Source: Candidatus Woesebacteria bacterium
GTDB lineage: Bacteria > Patescibacteriota > Microgenomatia > UBA8517
Assembly (NCBI GenBank): GCA_013374855.1
Contig: CP055308.1
Span: 401,833-465,832 of the forward strand
DNA: 64,000 nt
Reading direction: 5' to 3'
Shown: positions 39,449 through 48,679 of the stretch, in pieces
How the letters are laid out: each line of letters begins with the position of its first letter
Position numbering within the stretch: position 1 is the first letter of the stretch
Notes under the pieces: generated by a model
What the model saw: only the letters and a program-made list of their open reading frames with translations
Told to the model about the DNA's origin: nothing
The model's database searches: none
Position numbers and translations under genes: made by a program

Positions 39449-39943
39449 ATGCAACAATGGTTGAGTTTTGGTATGAATTTGACAAGTCCCTTTTTTATCT
39501 GGCTTTTGGTAGTCAGTTTTTTTTCTTTGTTGGTTTTTTCTTTTAGTTTGTGGGTTTTTCTAAGGTTGAATCGTCTTATAAAAGATTCGGATAATCGTGG
39601 GCTGGTTAAAGTTTTTCAAAATTTAGTTAAGAATCAGAAGAAAAACGAAGAATTGTTTGATGAGGTTTTTAAGAAGGTTGAATCTCTTGAAAAGAAAAAT
39701 GTTTTTAATATTCAGAAGGTAGGTCTGGTAAGATTTAATCCTTTTAGTGAAATAGGAGGAGATCATAGTTTTTCGCTTGCTCTTTTGAATGGTAAAGATA
39801 GTGGTTTTGTAATAACAGGTTTGCATACTAGAGAAAGGACTAGGTTATACATAAAACCTATAAAAAAACTAGAAAGCAGTTATGGGTTATCTGAAGAGGA
39901 AAAGAAGGCCATTAAGGAGGCTTTGAAAAAGAAAAATGATTAA
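39449..39943 (+). CDS. DUF4446-like membrane protein
   Basis: QKVGLVRFNPF..IGGD.SFSLALL....G.V.T..H.R...R.Y.KP, LS.EE. Confidence 0.8.
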   Translation: MQQWLSFGMNLTSPFFIWLLVVSFFSLLVFSFSLWVFLRLNRLIKDSDNRGLVKVFQNLVKNQKKNEELFDEVFKKVESLEKKNVFNIQKVGLVRFNPFSEIGGDHSFSLALLNGKDSGFVITGLHTRERTRLYIKPIKKLESSYGLSEEEKKAIKEALKKKND

Positions 39944-41138
39944 CGATTTTTGGACATCTAAAAAATTTATGATTGTAGCAAGTTTTGTGGGTTTGTACCT
40001 TCTTTCCACAGGCGCCTCTCTTGCGATTTTTTCTTTTTTGGGAGGTGGTAAAGATGAAGTGGGAGTTGATGTGAACGGAAGTGTAGAAGAAGTTCGTTCA
40101 AAGATTGGAGAAGGTTTGCCTAAGACACAGGAGTGCCCTATAAATGGAGCTTTGTTTTCTAAACCAGAGGAAGCAATTTGGCAGAAAAGAAGGCCAATTG
40201 CTGCCGTTATTGAGAATCATGCTGATGCGAGGCCACAATCAGGGTTGTCTAAAGCGGATGTTGTGTATGAGGCTCTAGCAGAAGGTGGTATAACGCGCTT
40301 CTTGGCTATTTTTTATTGTGGCGCAGCGTCAGAAGAAGTTAAAATAGCGCCGGTAAGAAGTGCGAGGGTCTATTTTATTGATTGGGCGGCGGGTTATGGC
40401 AAGAATCCAATTTTTATGCATGTTGGAGGAGCTAATGATTTTGCGGGAACTGGTGAGACCGCAAAAGAGGTGCGGGCGCTTGAGCTTTTGCAAAGCATAG
40501 GTTGGCGTGTTCCTCGTGGAAATGATTTTGACACTACCTATGATTCTGGTTATCCTGTTTTTTGGAGAAATTATGAAAGGCTTGGAAGAAATGTTGCTAC
40601 AGAGCATACGATGATGGCTTCTCTTGACAAGGCTTATGCAGAGGCTGAAAAGAGAGGTTTTGCTTATAAGGATAAAAATGGTGTTGCTTGGGATATTAAT
40701 TTTAGGCCTTGGAAATTTGCCGATGGGAAGTCAAAATCCCAAACGGTAAAGGAAATTAGCTTCTCTTTTTGGAGCGATAAGCCGGATTATGATGTAACTT
40801 GGAAATATGATCCTGCCAATAATGAATACCTCAGGTTTAACGGCGGTAAGGAACATATGGATCTTGAAACCAAAAAACAACTTGTTGCCAAAAATGTGGC
40901 AGTCATTTTTACTCAAGAAAAGAGCTCTATTGATGCACATAAACACAACTGGTACAGGACAATAGGTAAAGGAGAAGCTCTGATTTTCCAGAATGGTGAA
41001 GTGATATCCGCCAATTGGAGTAAAGATTCAAGGGAATCAATGATAACCTTTACTGATAAAAAGGGAAAAGAGATATCTTTTGTGAGGGGTCCGATTTGGG
41101 TAGAGGTTTTATCAGATGGGACAAAAGTTAATTATTAG
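39936..41138 (+). CDS. DUF3048 family protein
   Basis: ENH..ARPQSGL..AD.VYE..AEGGITRF, PVRSAR, H.GG. Confidence 0.85.
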   Translation: MINDFWTSKKFMIVASFVGLYLLSTGASLAIFSFLGGGKDEVGVDVNGSVEEVRSKIGEGLPKTQECPINGALFSKPEEAIWQKRRPIAAVIENHADARPQSGLSKADVVYEALAEGGITRFLAIFYCGAASEEVKIAPVRSARVYFIDWAAGYGKNPIFMHVGGANDFAGTGETAKEVRALELLQSIGWRVPRGNDFDTTYDSGYPVFWRNYERLGRNVATEHTMMASLDKAYAEAEKRGFAYKDKNGVAWDINFRPWKFADGKSKSQTVKEISFSFWSDKPDYDVTWKYDPANNEYLRFNGGKEHMDLETKKQLVAKNVAVIFTQEKSSIDAHKHNWYRTIGKGEALIFQNGEVISANWSKDSRESMITFTDKKGKEISFVRGPIWVEVLSDGTKVNY

Positions 41139-41178
41139 TGTATAATTCATTTTATAGCTTTCCTGCCCACAATTTAAG

Positions 41179-41763
41179 ATGGCGAGTCTTTCAGATATTA
41201 TAACTTCAAGAGTAAGAGTGAAAGTGTTGGAACTTTTCTTCTCCAACATTAATGAGCTTTATCATGTGAGAGGAATAGCCCGTGAGTTGAAGGAAGAGAT
41301 AAATGCAGTGAGATTAGTTTTAGCTGGTCTTGAGAAGGCAGGGGTTATCAAGAAAGAAACAAGAGGCAATAGGGTCTATTATTGGCCTCGTCAAGATTAT
41401 CCTTTTTTTGAAGATGTTCTTTCTATGGTTGCAAAAACTACAGGTCTTGGGGCGAGAATTATAGAAAATAGAAGAAAAGTAGGGAACATAAACTGGGTAA
41501 TGTTTTCTGGGAGATTTGTGAGAAGAATTAGAAGGTTGAAGGAGGATGAGGTTGATATTCTTGTTGTTGGAGATATTGTTTTACCTGAACTTGCGACCCT
41601 TATTCGTCATGAAGAAGCTGCAAGAAATATGGAAATAAATTATACTGTTATGTCAAGAGAGGAATTTGAATTTAGAAAAAAAAGACGAGACCCCTTTTTG
41701 CTTTCTGTTCTTTCTTCTTCACGCGTAATGATTATTGGAGATGAAGAAAGTCTTGTGGCATAA
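41179..41763 (+). CDS. winged-helix regulator fused to a nucleotidyltransferase-like domain
   Basis: N-terminal wHTH (RGIAREL...NAVR..L..LE..G); C-terminal VDILVVGD...EINYT. Confidence 0.7.
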   Translation: MASLSDIITSRVRVKVLELFFSNINELYHVRGIARELKEEINAVRLVLAGLEKAGVIKKETRGNRVYYWPRQDYPFFEDVLSMVAKTTGLGARIIENRRKVGNINWVMFSGRFVRRIRRLKEDEVDILVVGDIVLPELATLIRHEEAARNMEINYTVMSREEFEFRKKRRDPFLLSVLSSSRVMIIGDEESLVA

Positions 41764-41771
41764 TTATTTTT

Positions 41772-43127
41772 ATGAAATTTGTAAAGACCCCTCTTTTTAA
41801 GGTGTTTTTGATTTTTATTTTTACGTTGATTTGTCTTTATATTGATTTTCCATCTTCTTTCCCGGTTAAGCTTAATTTTTTCGGTCATTCTTTTGAATTC
41901 AATTTTATAAGGAGAGACCTTAATATTTCTTGGGGTAATTTTAATCTGAAAAGAAGTTTTGACTTGAAGCTTGGTCTTGATCTGGCGGGTGGAAGTCATT
42001 TAGTTTTTGAGGCAGATTTAAGTAAGTTTCCGGATAGTGAAAAGGAGCAAGCCATGGAATCTCTTAAGGCGGTTATTGAGCGAAGAGTAAATCTTTTTGG
42101 TGTATCGGAACCAAATATTCAAACCTCTTCTTTTGAGGGTAGAAGAAGAGTAATTGTAGAGCTACCGGGCGTGACTGATCCAAAGGATGCCATCTCTCTG
42201 ATAGGGAGTACCGCACAGCTTGTTTTCGCAGAGATTAAAGAGAATGGAGATGAAAAAGAAAATGCTTTATCTTTTAGCGATTTAACAGGGGCTGACTTGA
42301 AAAGGGCTAATGTTGTTTTTGACAGAACCACTGGCAAACCAGCTGTGGGCCTTGAATTTACTCCAGATGGCTCTTTAAAGTTTGAAAAATTAACAGAGAA
42401 AAATGTAGGGAAAGTTGTGCCCATTCTTCTTGATAATGAGGTTGTATCTGCTCCTCTTGTGAGAGAAAAAATATCAGGAGGCCAGGCGCAGATCACAGGT
42501 GATTTTACTCTTGAGGAGGCCAAAAGAATGGTTGTGCAATTAAATGCTGGAGCTCTACCCGTCCCTGTGAACTTGGTTGAACAAAGAGTGGTTGGGGCGA
42601 CACTTGGAGAAGAATCAATTCAAAAAAGTATTAACGCAGGGCTTGTTGGTTTGGTAATGGTTGGACTTTTTATGTTTTTATCTTATGGGTGGCTTGGTTT
42701 TGTTGCTGTTATTGCCCTTTTTGTTTTTGCTACTGTTTCTTTGGCTTTGTATAAGCTTATTCCTATCGTATTAACACTTCCTGGAATTGCTGGGTTTTTG
42801 CTTTCAGTTGGAATGGCAGTAGATTCAAATATTTTGATTTTTGAGAGATTCAAAGAAGAAAGACTAAAACGAGAGTCTATAAGAGAGGCTTTGGAAGTTG
42901 CTTTTGGTCGAGCTTGGGATTCAATAAGAGATGCTAACTTTGCAACTCTGGCCTCTGCTTTTATTTTAGCCAATCCTCTTGATTGGGGATTTTTACACAC
43001 TTCAGGTCCTGTAAGAGGATTTGCAATAACCCTAGCTTTAGGTGTTGTTTTAAGTATGTTTACAGGTATTATAGTTTCAAGAAATTTACTTAGAGTTTTG
43101 GTTAGAGAAAGAAAAAAGAATGATTAA
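41772..43127 (+). CDS. secD: protein translocase subunit SecD
   Basis: LGLDLAGG, RRVN.FGVSEP, GALP, LPGIAG..LS.GMAVD.N.LIFER. Confidence 0.97.
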   Translation: MKFVKTPLFKVFLIFIFTLICLYIDFPSSFPVKLNFFGHSFEFNFIRRDLNISWGNFNLKRSFDLKLGLDLAGGSHLVFEADLSKFPDSEKEQAMESLKAVIERRVNLFGVSEPNIQTSSFEGRRRVIVELPGVTDPKDAISLIGSTAQLVFAEIKENGDEKENALSFSDLTGADLKRANVVFDRTTGKPAVGLEFTPDGSLKFEKLTEKNVGKVVPILLDNEVVSAPLVREKISGGQAQITGDFTLEEAKRMVVQLNAGALPVPVNLVEQRVVGATLGEESIQKSINAGLVGLVMVGLFMFLSYGWLGFVAVIALFVFATVSLALYKLIPIVLTLPGIAGFLLSVGMAVDSNILIFERFKEERLKRESIREALEVAFGRAWDSIRDANFATLASAFILANPLDWGFLHTSGPVRGFAITLALGVVLSMFTGIIVSRNLLRVLVRERKKND

Positions 43128-44004
43128 TTGGTTAAAGTTTAAATATTTTTATTTTGTTTTTTCATTTTTTATTTTACTGCTGGGAGTGGTTGGAATATGG
43201 AAGTGGGGTTTTGTTTTGGGAATTGATTTTTCTGGTGGTGTGTTAGCAGAGTATAAAATTGAAGGGAATCTATCCACAGAAGCAGTCAAGTCAGAAATTG
43301 AGGGTAAGCTTTCTGTTAGTGTTTTCTCCATTTTACCAGTGAAGGGAACCAGCAATTATATTTTTAAATTAGCAGGTTTGCCTTTTGAGAAAAAGGATGA
43401 ACTTACTTCTGTGATTTCTTCAGTATCGAATGCTAAAGTTGAGCTGGTTAAGTATGAGGAAGTTGGTCCATCAATAGGCCCGGAGCTTATTAAGAAAACT
43501 ATTTATGCTATTGTTCTAGGTTCATTCTTTATTCTTTTGCTTTTGGCGAAACAATTTAAAGAAATAAAATATGGGGTATGCGCAATACTTGCTATGCTTC
43601 ATGATAGTATGGTTTTGTTGGGATCTTTTTCTTGGCTTGGACATTTTTTTGGAGCGGAGGTGGATTTCCTTTTTGTGACAGCGCTTCTTACCACCCTTTC
43701 ATTTTCTGTTCATGATACCATTGTTGTTTATGATAGGATAAGAGAGATTACCAGGAGGGAAGTTGGTGGTTTTGAATCAATTGCCAATCGTGCTCTAACA
43801 GAAACTATGGTTCGGTCGTTGAATAATTCTTTTACCATAGTTTTTATGCTTGTGGCAATGATCCTTTTGGGTGGTGCTACAATTAGGTGGTTTGCAATAG
43901 CCCTTCTTATAGGAACGGTATCTGGAACTTATTCTTCACCTTTTGTGGCAGTCCCCTTACTTGTGTTTTATCACAAGTGGAAAGAGAAAAGAAGAGATTT
44001 CTAG
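43120..44004 (+). CDS. secF: protein translocase subunit SecF
   Basis: GIDFSGG, VGP.IG.EL, SVHDTIVVYDRIRE, GTYSS. Confidence 0.97.
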   Translation: MINWLKFKYFYFVFSFFILLLGVVGIWKWGFVLGIDFSGGVLAEYKIEGNLSTEAVKSEIEGKLSVSVFSILPVKGTSNYIFKLAGLPFEKKDELTSVISSVSNAKVELVKYEEVGPSIGPELIKKTIYAIVLGSFFILLLLAKQFKEIKYGVCAILAMLHDSMVLLGSFSWLGHFFGAEVDFLFVTALLTTLSFSVHDTIVVYDRIREITRREVGGFESIANRALTETMVRSLNNSFTIVFMLVAMILLGGATIRWFAIALLIGTVSGTYSSPFVAVPLLVFYHKWKEKRRDF

Positions 44005-45380
44005 TCTGTTTGATTTTGAGCCATTAGTTTTGCTTCTTTTTCTAGGTCTTCGGCTGTGTTTGATATTTGATTGCTTATTACTTTTTCAAAGAGTTTATCT
44101 AGGATTTCTCCCACCTTAGGTCCCGGTCTAATCTTAAATATTTCCATAATTTTGTCACCTTTTATTTTTAAGTCATGTACCGTAAATGGTTTTTTCTGGA
44201 CTTCAATGAGTCTCTTTTTGAATTCTTCAAGCCGCCAGCTTGTTTCTTTTGCTCCACTTCCCAGTCTGTCTCCAACTCTTATATCAATAATGTCTTTTAT
44301 ATTATCTTGTCCTACTTCTCGGACGAATCTTCTTATAGCAGAGTCAGTTTGGTTTTCGTCAACCGTGAATTGATGGTATCTTACAAGTTTGAATAGTTTT
44401 TCTTTTTGCCTTTTGGAGAATTTTAATCTCTCTGCAATTTGAATTGCTATTCTTGCACCTATTACCTCGTGGTTGTAGAAGGTGATTATTCCATTTTCTG
44501 TTTTTTTGTAGGTTTTGTATTTTCCGATATCATGAATTAGGGACGCAAAGCGGGTTATAGGGTCTGTGTTTCTTTCAGCAGTATATTTTAAAGTTAGTAC
44601 AGAATGGGTTCCCACATCATAAATGTGGTGTCTGTTGGGGGAGACTTGATCTACTCCGAAGCATTTTTCAAGTTCTGGAATTATTATTTCCAGAAGTCCT
44701 GTCTCTTTTAACTTTAGAATTCCTTCGTGTGGGTAGTTGGAAGATAATATTTTTAGTAATTCATCTCTTATTCTTTCGGAAGAAATTTTTTTGAGGAGAA
44801 CAGCGTTGTTTTTAATTGCTTCTTTTGTTTTTTCTTCGATATCGAAGTTTAGTTCGGTTGCAATTCTGACCGCTCGTGCCATTCTTAAGGCATCTTCTAG
44901 AAATCGTTCGGTTGGATTGCCAACTGCTCTTATGATCTTGCTTTCTAGATCATCTCGACCTCCGTAATAATCTATTAAAGTGATTTCATATTTGTTCTTT
45001 TTTAGTTTGACTTTTAGAGCCATTGCATTTATAGTAAAGTCCCTTCTTTGTAAATCTTCTTCTAGTGTTTTTCCCCATTTAATCTCTGAAGGATGTCTTT
45101 GGTCTTTATAGTCTCTTTCTGTTCTAAAAGTGGTGATTTCAAAGGGTCTTTGAAAGTTTTCAAATTTTATCCCAACTGTTCCGAATTGATTGTCATAGAA
45201 AGCTTTCTTAAGAAAAGAGAGCATTTGTTCTGGGGTGGCATTGGTGGTAAAGTCCCAGTCGTAGACAGGTTTTTCCATAATAAGGTCTCTCACTGCACCC
45301 CCGACTATGTAAATTTCAAATCTGTTCTGTTCGAATAGTTTGATTATTTTTAATACTTCTGTTGGTAATTTGTACTGCAT
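44001..45380 (-). CDS. cca: CCA-adding tRNA nucleotidyltransferase with HD domain
   Basis: VGGAVRD..D.DF.T, RRDFTINAMA, EDALRM.RA.R, HDIGK. Confidence 0.92.
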   Translation of the reverse strand: MQYKLPTEVLKIIKLFEQNRFEIYIVGGAVRDLIMEKPVYDWDFTTNATPEQMLSFLKKAFYDNQFGTVGIKFENFQRPFEITTFRTERDYKDQRHPSEIKWGKTLEEDLQRRDFTINAMALKVKLKKNKYEITLIDYYGGRDDLESKIIRAVGNPTERFLEDALRMARAVRIATELNFDIEEKTKEAIKNNAVLLKKISSERIRDELLKILSSNYPHEGILKLKETGLLEIIIPELEKCFGVDQVSPNRHHIYDVGTHSVLTLKYTAERNTDPITRFASLIHDIGKYKTYKKTENGIITFYNHEVIGARIAIQIAERLKFSKRQKEKLFKLVRYHQFTVDENQTDSAIRRFVREVGQDNIKDIIDIRVGDRLGSGAKETSWRLEEFKKRLIEVQKKPFTVHDLKIKGDKIMEIFKIRPGPKVGEILDKLFEKVISNQISNTAEDLEKEAKLMAQNQTD

Positions 45381-45400
45381 TATATTATTATACTTCAATA
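45381..45400. promoter_or_regulatory. 20-bp bidirectional promoter between cca and recJ
   Basis: Overlapping -10 hexamers TATACT (+, 45389-94) and TATAAT (-, 45387-92), each 6 nt from its ATG. Confidence 0.65.
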
Positions 45401-47086
45401 ATGGAAAAAGTTGGTTTTTCTGGCAAAATTTGGAAAATATGGGGCAGAAAGCCTCTTTCTAATCACAAGGAAATAATTGATTTTTTGCTCAAGAGAAGAG
45501 GGCTTAATTCTTTGAAGGAAAAAAGAGAGTTTCTTTATCCTTTATCACCTTTTGATATGAGTTTCTCTGATTTTGGTTTGGATAGGAAAAGTATTTCTGA
45601 TGCCTTGAACATTTTGGAAAAGAATTGGGGTAACAAAATAGTCATTTATGGTGATTATGATGCTGATGGAATCACATCTACTGCTGTTTTGTGGGAGGCT
45701 CTATACTCTCGTGGTTTTGATGTTATTCCATATCTTCCAGATAGGGGCAAAGAAGGATATGGAATAAAGGCGGAAAGTGTTTTTGGTTTAAAAAAGAAGT
45801 ACCCCAATCTTTCCCTTGTTATTACTGTGGATAATGGAATTGTTGCAGTTGGTGATATTAGAAAAGTAAAGGCAGAAGGAATCTCGGTAATAATTGTTGA
45901 CCATCATCAAAAAGGTAAGGAAGTTCCTAAAGCTGATGCTATTGTTCATACAACAAAAGTAGCAGGAGTGGGTGTAGTTTGGAATTTGGCCCGTGCAATT
46001 AGAAAAGAATTTCCTATCTCTAATTCTTTTTATGACAACGACGGTCTTGATCTTGCTGCAATTGGAACGATAGCAGATCAAGTACCTCTAATCGGACCAA
46101 ACAGAAGTTTGGTCAAATATGGTATTGAATCTTTGAGACAAACGAAAAGAAAAGGACTCCTTGAACTTTTTAAAGAGGCTGGAATTGCAAAGGAGAAAGT
46201 CGGTACTTATGAGGTTAACTTTGTTATTTCTCCTCGCATAAATGCTGTGGGTAGGATTTCCCATGCGCTTGAATCCTTACAGCTTTTGTGCACGAAGGAT
46301 AAGGAGAGAGCGGAAAAATTAGCACTTCATCTAGGGAAAGTAAATAGAGAAAGACAAAAACTTTTAGATGATTTTTTTCTTGATGCAAGGGAGAGGTTTC
46401 TTAAGACAGGCCTTGATAGAAAAATAATTTTTGTTGCAAGCAAAGATTACACAGAGGGAATTGTAGGACTGGTGGCTTCGAGATTAGTTGAAGAATTTTA
46501 TCATCCGGCGATAGTAATTTCGCTTAAAGACAAAACTTCCAAAGGTTCTTGTCGCTCAATTCCTGGGTTTAATATAACAGAGGCATTAAGAGATATTGAT
46601 GAGAATTTTTTTGATTCTTTGGGTGGTCATCCTCTGGCAGCAGGGTTTTCTATTCTAACAGAGAAGGTGAAGGATTTTGAAAAGAAAATTGAGCGTTATG
46701 CTAAAAGAAAATTATCTGATGATTTATTACAACCGAAAATTGATATTGACCTTGAAATTTCTGCAGAGTCTATTGACAAAGGTTTGGTAGACAAGCTTTC
46801 AGGTTTTGAGCCTTTGGGTGTTGGTAATTCTGCCCCCTTGTTTTTTTCTAGGAATATGAACATTATTGATGTGAGGAAAATAGGCAAAAATGGTGAGCAT
46901 TTGAAGCTGTTTGTCTATTCTGGTGGGAAAACTTTTGAGGCAGTTGCTTTTAATGCCGGATCTTTTTTTGAGAGATTAAGGGTTGGTCAAAATGTTGATT
47001 TTGTTTATAATCTAGAGATAAATAGTTGGAATGGAAACTCTAGTGTCTGCCTTAAGATAAAAGATTTAGCAGAAAGTGGAAGATAA
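45401..47086 (+). CDS. recJ: single-stranded-DNA exonuclease RecJ
   Basis: YGDYDADG, TVDNG, DHH, GTIAD, PRINA.GR, GGHPLAAG. Confidence 0.97.
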   Translation: MEKVGFSGKIWKIWGRKPLSNHKEIIDFLLKRRGLNSLKEKREFLYPLSPFDMSFSDFGLDRKSISDALNILEKNWGNKIVIYGDYDADGITSTAVLWEALYSRGFDVIPYLPDRGKEGYGIKAESVFGLKKKYPNLSLVITVDNGIVAVGDIRKVKAEGISVIIVDHHQKGKEVPKADAIVHTTKVAGVGVVWNLARAIRKEFPISNSFYDNDGLDLAAIGTIADQVPLIGPNRSLVKYGIESLRQTKRKGLLELFKEAGIAKEKVGTYEVNFVISPRINAVGRISHALESLQLLCTKDKERAEKLALHLGKVNRERQKLLDDFFLDARERFLKTGLDRKIIFVASKDYTEGIVGLVASRLVEEFYHPAIVISLKDKTSKGSCRSIPGFNITEALRDIDENFFDSLGGHPLAAGFSILTEKVKDFEKKIERYAKRKLSDDLLQPKIDIDLEISAESIDKGLVDKLSGFEPLGVGNSAPLFFSRNMNIIDVRKIGKNGEHLKLFVYSGGKTFEAVAFNAGSFFERLRVGQNVDFVYNLEINSWNGNSSVCLKIKDLAESGR

Positions 47087-48575
47087 ACTTAATGAATTAG
47101 TCAAAAGAGTCCTTTCTTACAACAAAAGCAGTAATTTAAATCTGGCTGAGAGCAGATTGTTAAAGGCTTATAATTTTGCCTCAAATGCTCATTTGGGTCA
47201 AAAAAGGTTATCAGGTGAGCCTTATATTATCCACCTTCTTGAAACATCATTGATATTGGCTGATTGGAAAATGGATTTGACTACGGTAGTAGCAGGCCTT
47301 TTGCATGATTGTATTGAGGATGCGGGGGTGAGTCTGGATCAGATTTCTCAAGAATTTGGTGAAGATGTAGCTAAAATAGTGGATGGTGTAACTAAAGTTT
47401 CTAAAGTTAGGCTGCGTGGCAGCAAGGATGATGTGTTTGTTGAGAATCTTCGTAAAATGTTTTTGGCTATGGCTTCCGATTTGAGAGTTGTGTTTGTTAA
47501 ATTAGCAGATAGAATGCACAACATGCGCACTCTTTGGGCTCTACCCCTTGAGAAACAAAAGAAGATAGCTTCAGAAACTTTGGAGATTTATGCTCCTCTT
47601 GCGGAAAGGCTTGGAATGGGCGAAATTAAAGGAGTCTTAGAGGATTTGTCTTTTTATTACCTTTACAAGGAAGAATATGACAAATTGATTAAAGTTTCTC
47701 GCCCGTATTACAAAAAAGCGGAAGAGATTATTAAGATAGCCAAAGCGAAAATTCTTCGTTCACTATCTCAATATGGAATTAGGGCAAGAGTTCAAGCAAG
47801 GAAGAAACACTTTTATTCTCTTTGGACAAAGCTTAAAAGACCCGAGATAGATGGAGATTTTGAAAAAATATACGATATTGTAGCTTTGAGAGTAATAGTT
47901 GGGGACGATGATGTTCCTTCTTGTTATTCTGCTTTGGGAATAATTCATAGTTTTTATAAGCCTGTTCCTTTTCTTGGAATTTCTGATTTTATATCTCAAC
48001 CTAAACCGAATGGATATCGATCAATTCATACTAAAGTTTTTGGTCCGAAGGGTAGGATTTTGGAAATTCAGATAAGAACAGAAAAGATGCATGAGGAGGC
48101 AGAGTATGGTTTAGCTGCCCATTGGGCTTACAGCAGTGTGAAATCAAAGTCTGTTTCTAATTCTTATCTTGAGGGAAAGAGTGTTTTTGCCCCCATTGAT
48201 AAGATGTCTTGGGTAAAGCAACTAGTTGACTGGCAGAAGGAAATTAAAGATTCGCGTGAATATTTAAATGCAGTTCGGTTTGATGCATTGAAACATCGAA
48301 ATTTTGTTTTTTCTCCTGCGGGGGATGTTTATGATTTGCCAGTTGGTGCAACTCCTGTTGATTTTGCTTATGCTGTACATACCAAGCTTGGGAATTATAT
48401 CAAGGGTGCCAGGGTGAATGGAAAGATAGTTCCGCTTGATTACAGATTGAGAAGCGGAGATGTTGTTGAAATTATAAAAAGCAAATCTTTCCAAAAGCCG
48501 CGTGCTGATTGGCTTGAATTTGTTGCAACCAGTTTAGCTAGGAGAGAGATTAAGAAAACTCTTCGCCAGTCTTGA
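47076..48575 (+). CDS. rel: RelA/SpoT family (p)ppGpp synthetase/hydrolase (HD + SYNTH + TGS, no ACT)
   Basis: H.GQKR.SGEPY..H, HDCIED, KLADR.HNM, PK.NGY.S.HT, EIQIRT, TGS DFAYAVHT. Confidence 0.93.
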   Translation: MEDKLNELVKRVLSYNKSSNLNLAESRLLKAYNFASNAHLGQKRLSGEPYIIHLLETSLILADWKMDLTTVVAGLLHDCIEDAGVSLDQISQEFGEDVAKIVDGVTKVSKVRLRGSKDDVFVENLRKMFLAMASDLRVVFVKLADRMHNMRTLWALPLEKQKKIASETLEIYAPLAERLGMGEIKGVLEDLSFYYLYKEEYDKLIKVSRPYYKKAEEIIKIAKAKILRSLSQYGIRARVQARKKHFYSLWTKLKRPEIDGDFEKIYDIVALRVIVGDDDVPSCYSALGIIHSFYKPVPFLGISDFISQPKPNGYRSIHTKVFGPKGRILEIQIRTEKMHEEAEYGLAAHWAYSSVKSKSVSNSYLEGKSVFAPIDKMSWVKQLVDWQKEIKDSREYLNAVRFDALKHRNFVFSPAGDVYDLPVGATPVDFAYAVHTKLGNYIKGARVNGKIVPLDYRLRSGDVVEIIKSKSFQKPRADWLEFVATSLARREIKKTLRQS

Positions 48576-48679
48576 ACAATTGTTTTTTATTTTATACAAA
48601 AGATTAATCCTTGTAAGGGAGTGTATTTGGGTTTAGAATAAGTAATTATTAATTGATATTTTTGAGGGGATCTAAGAAC

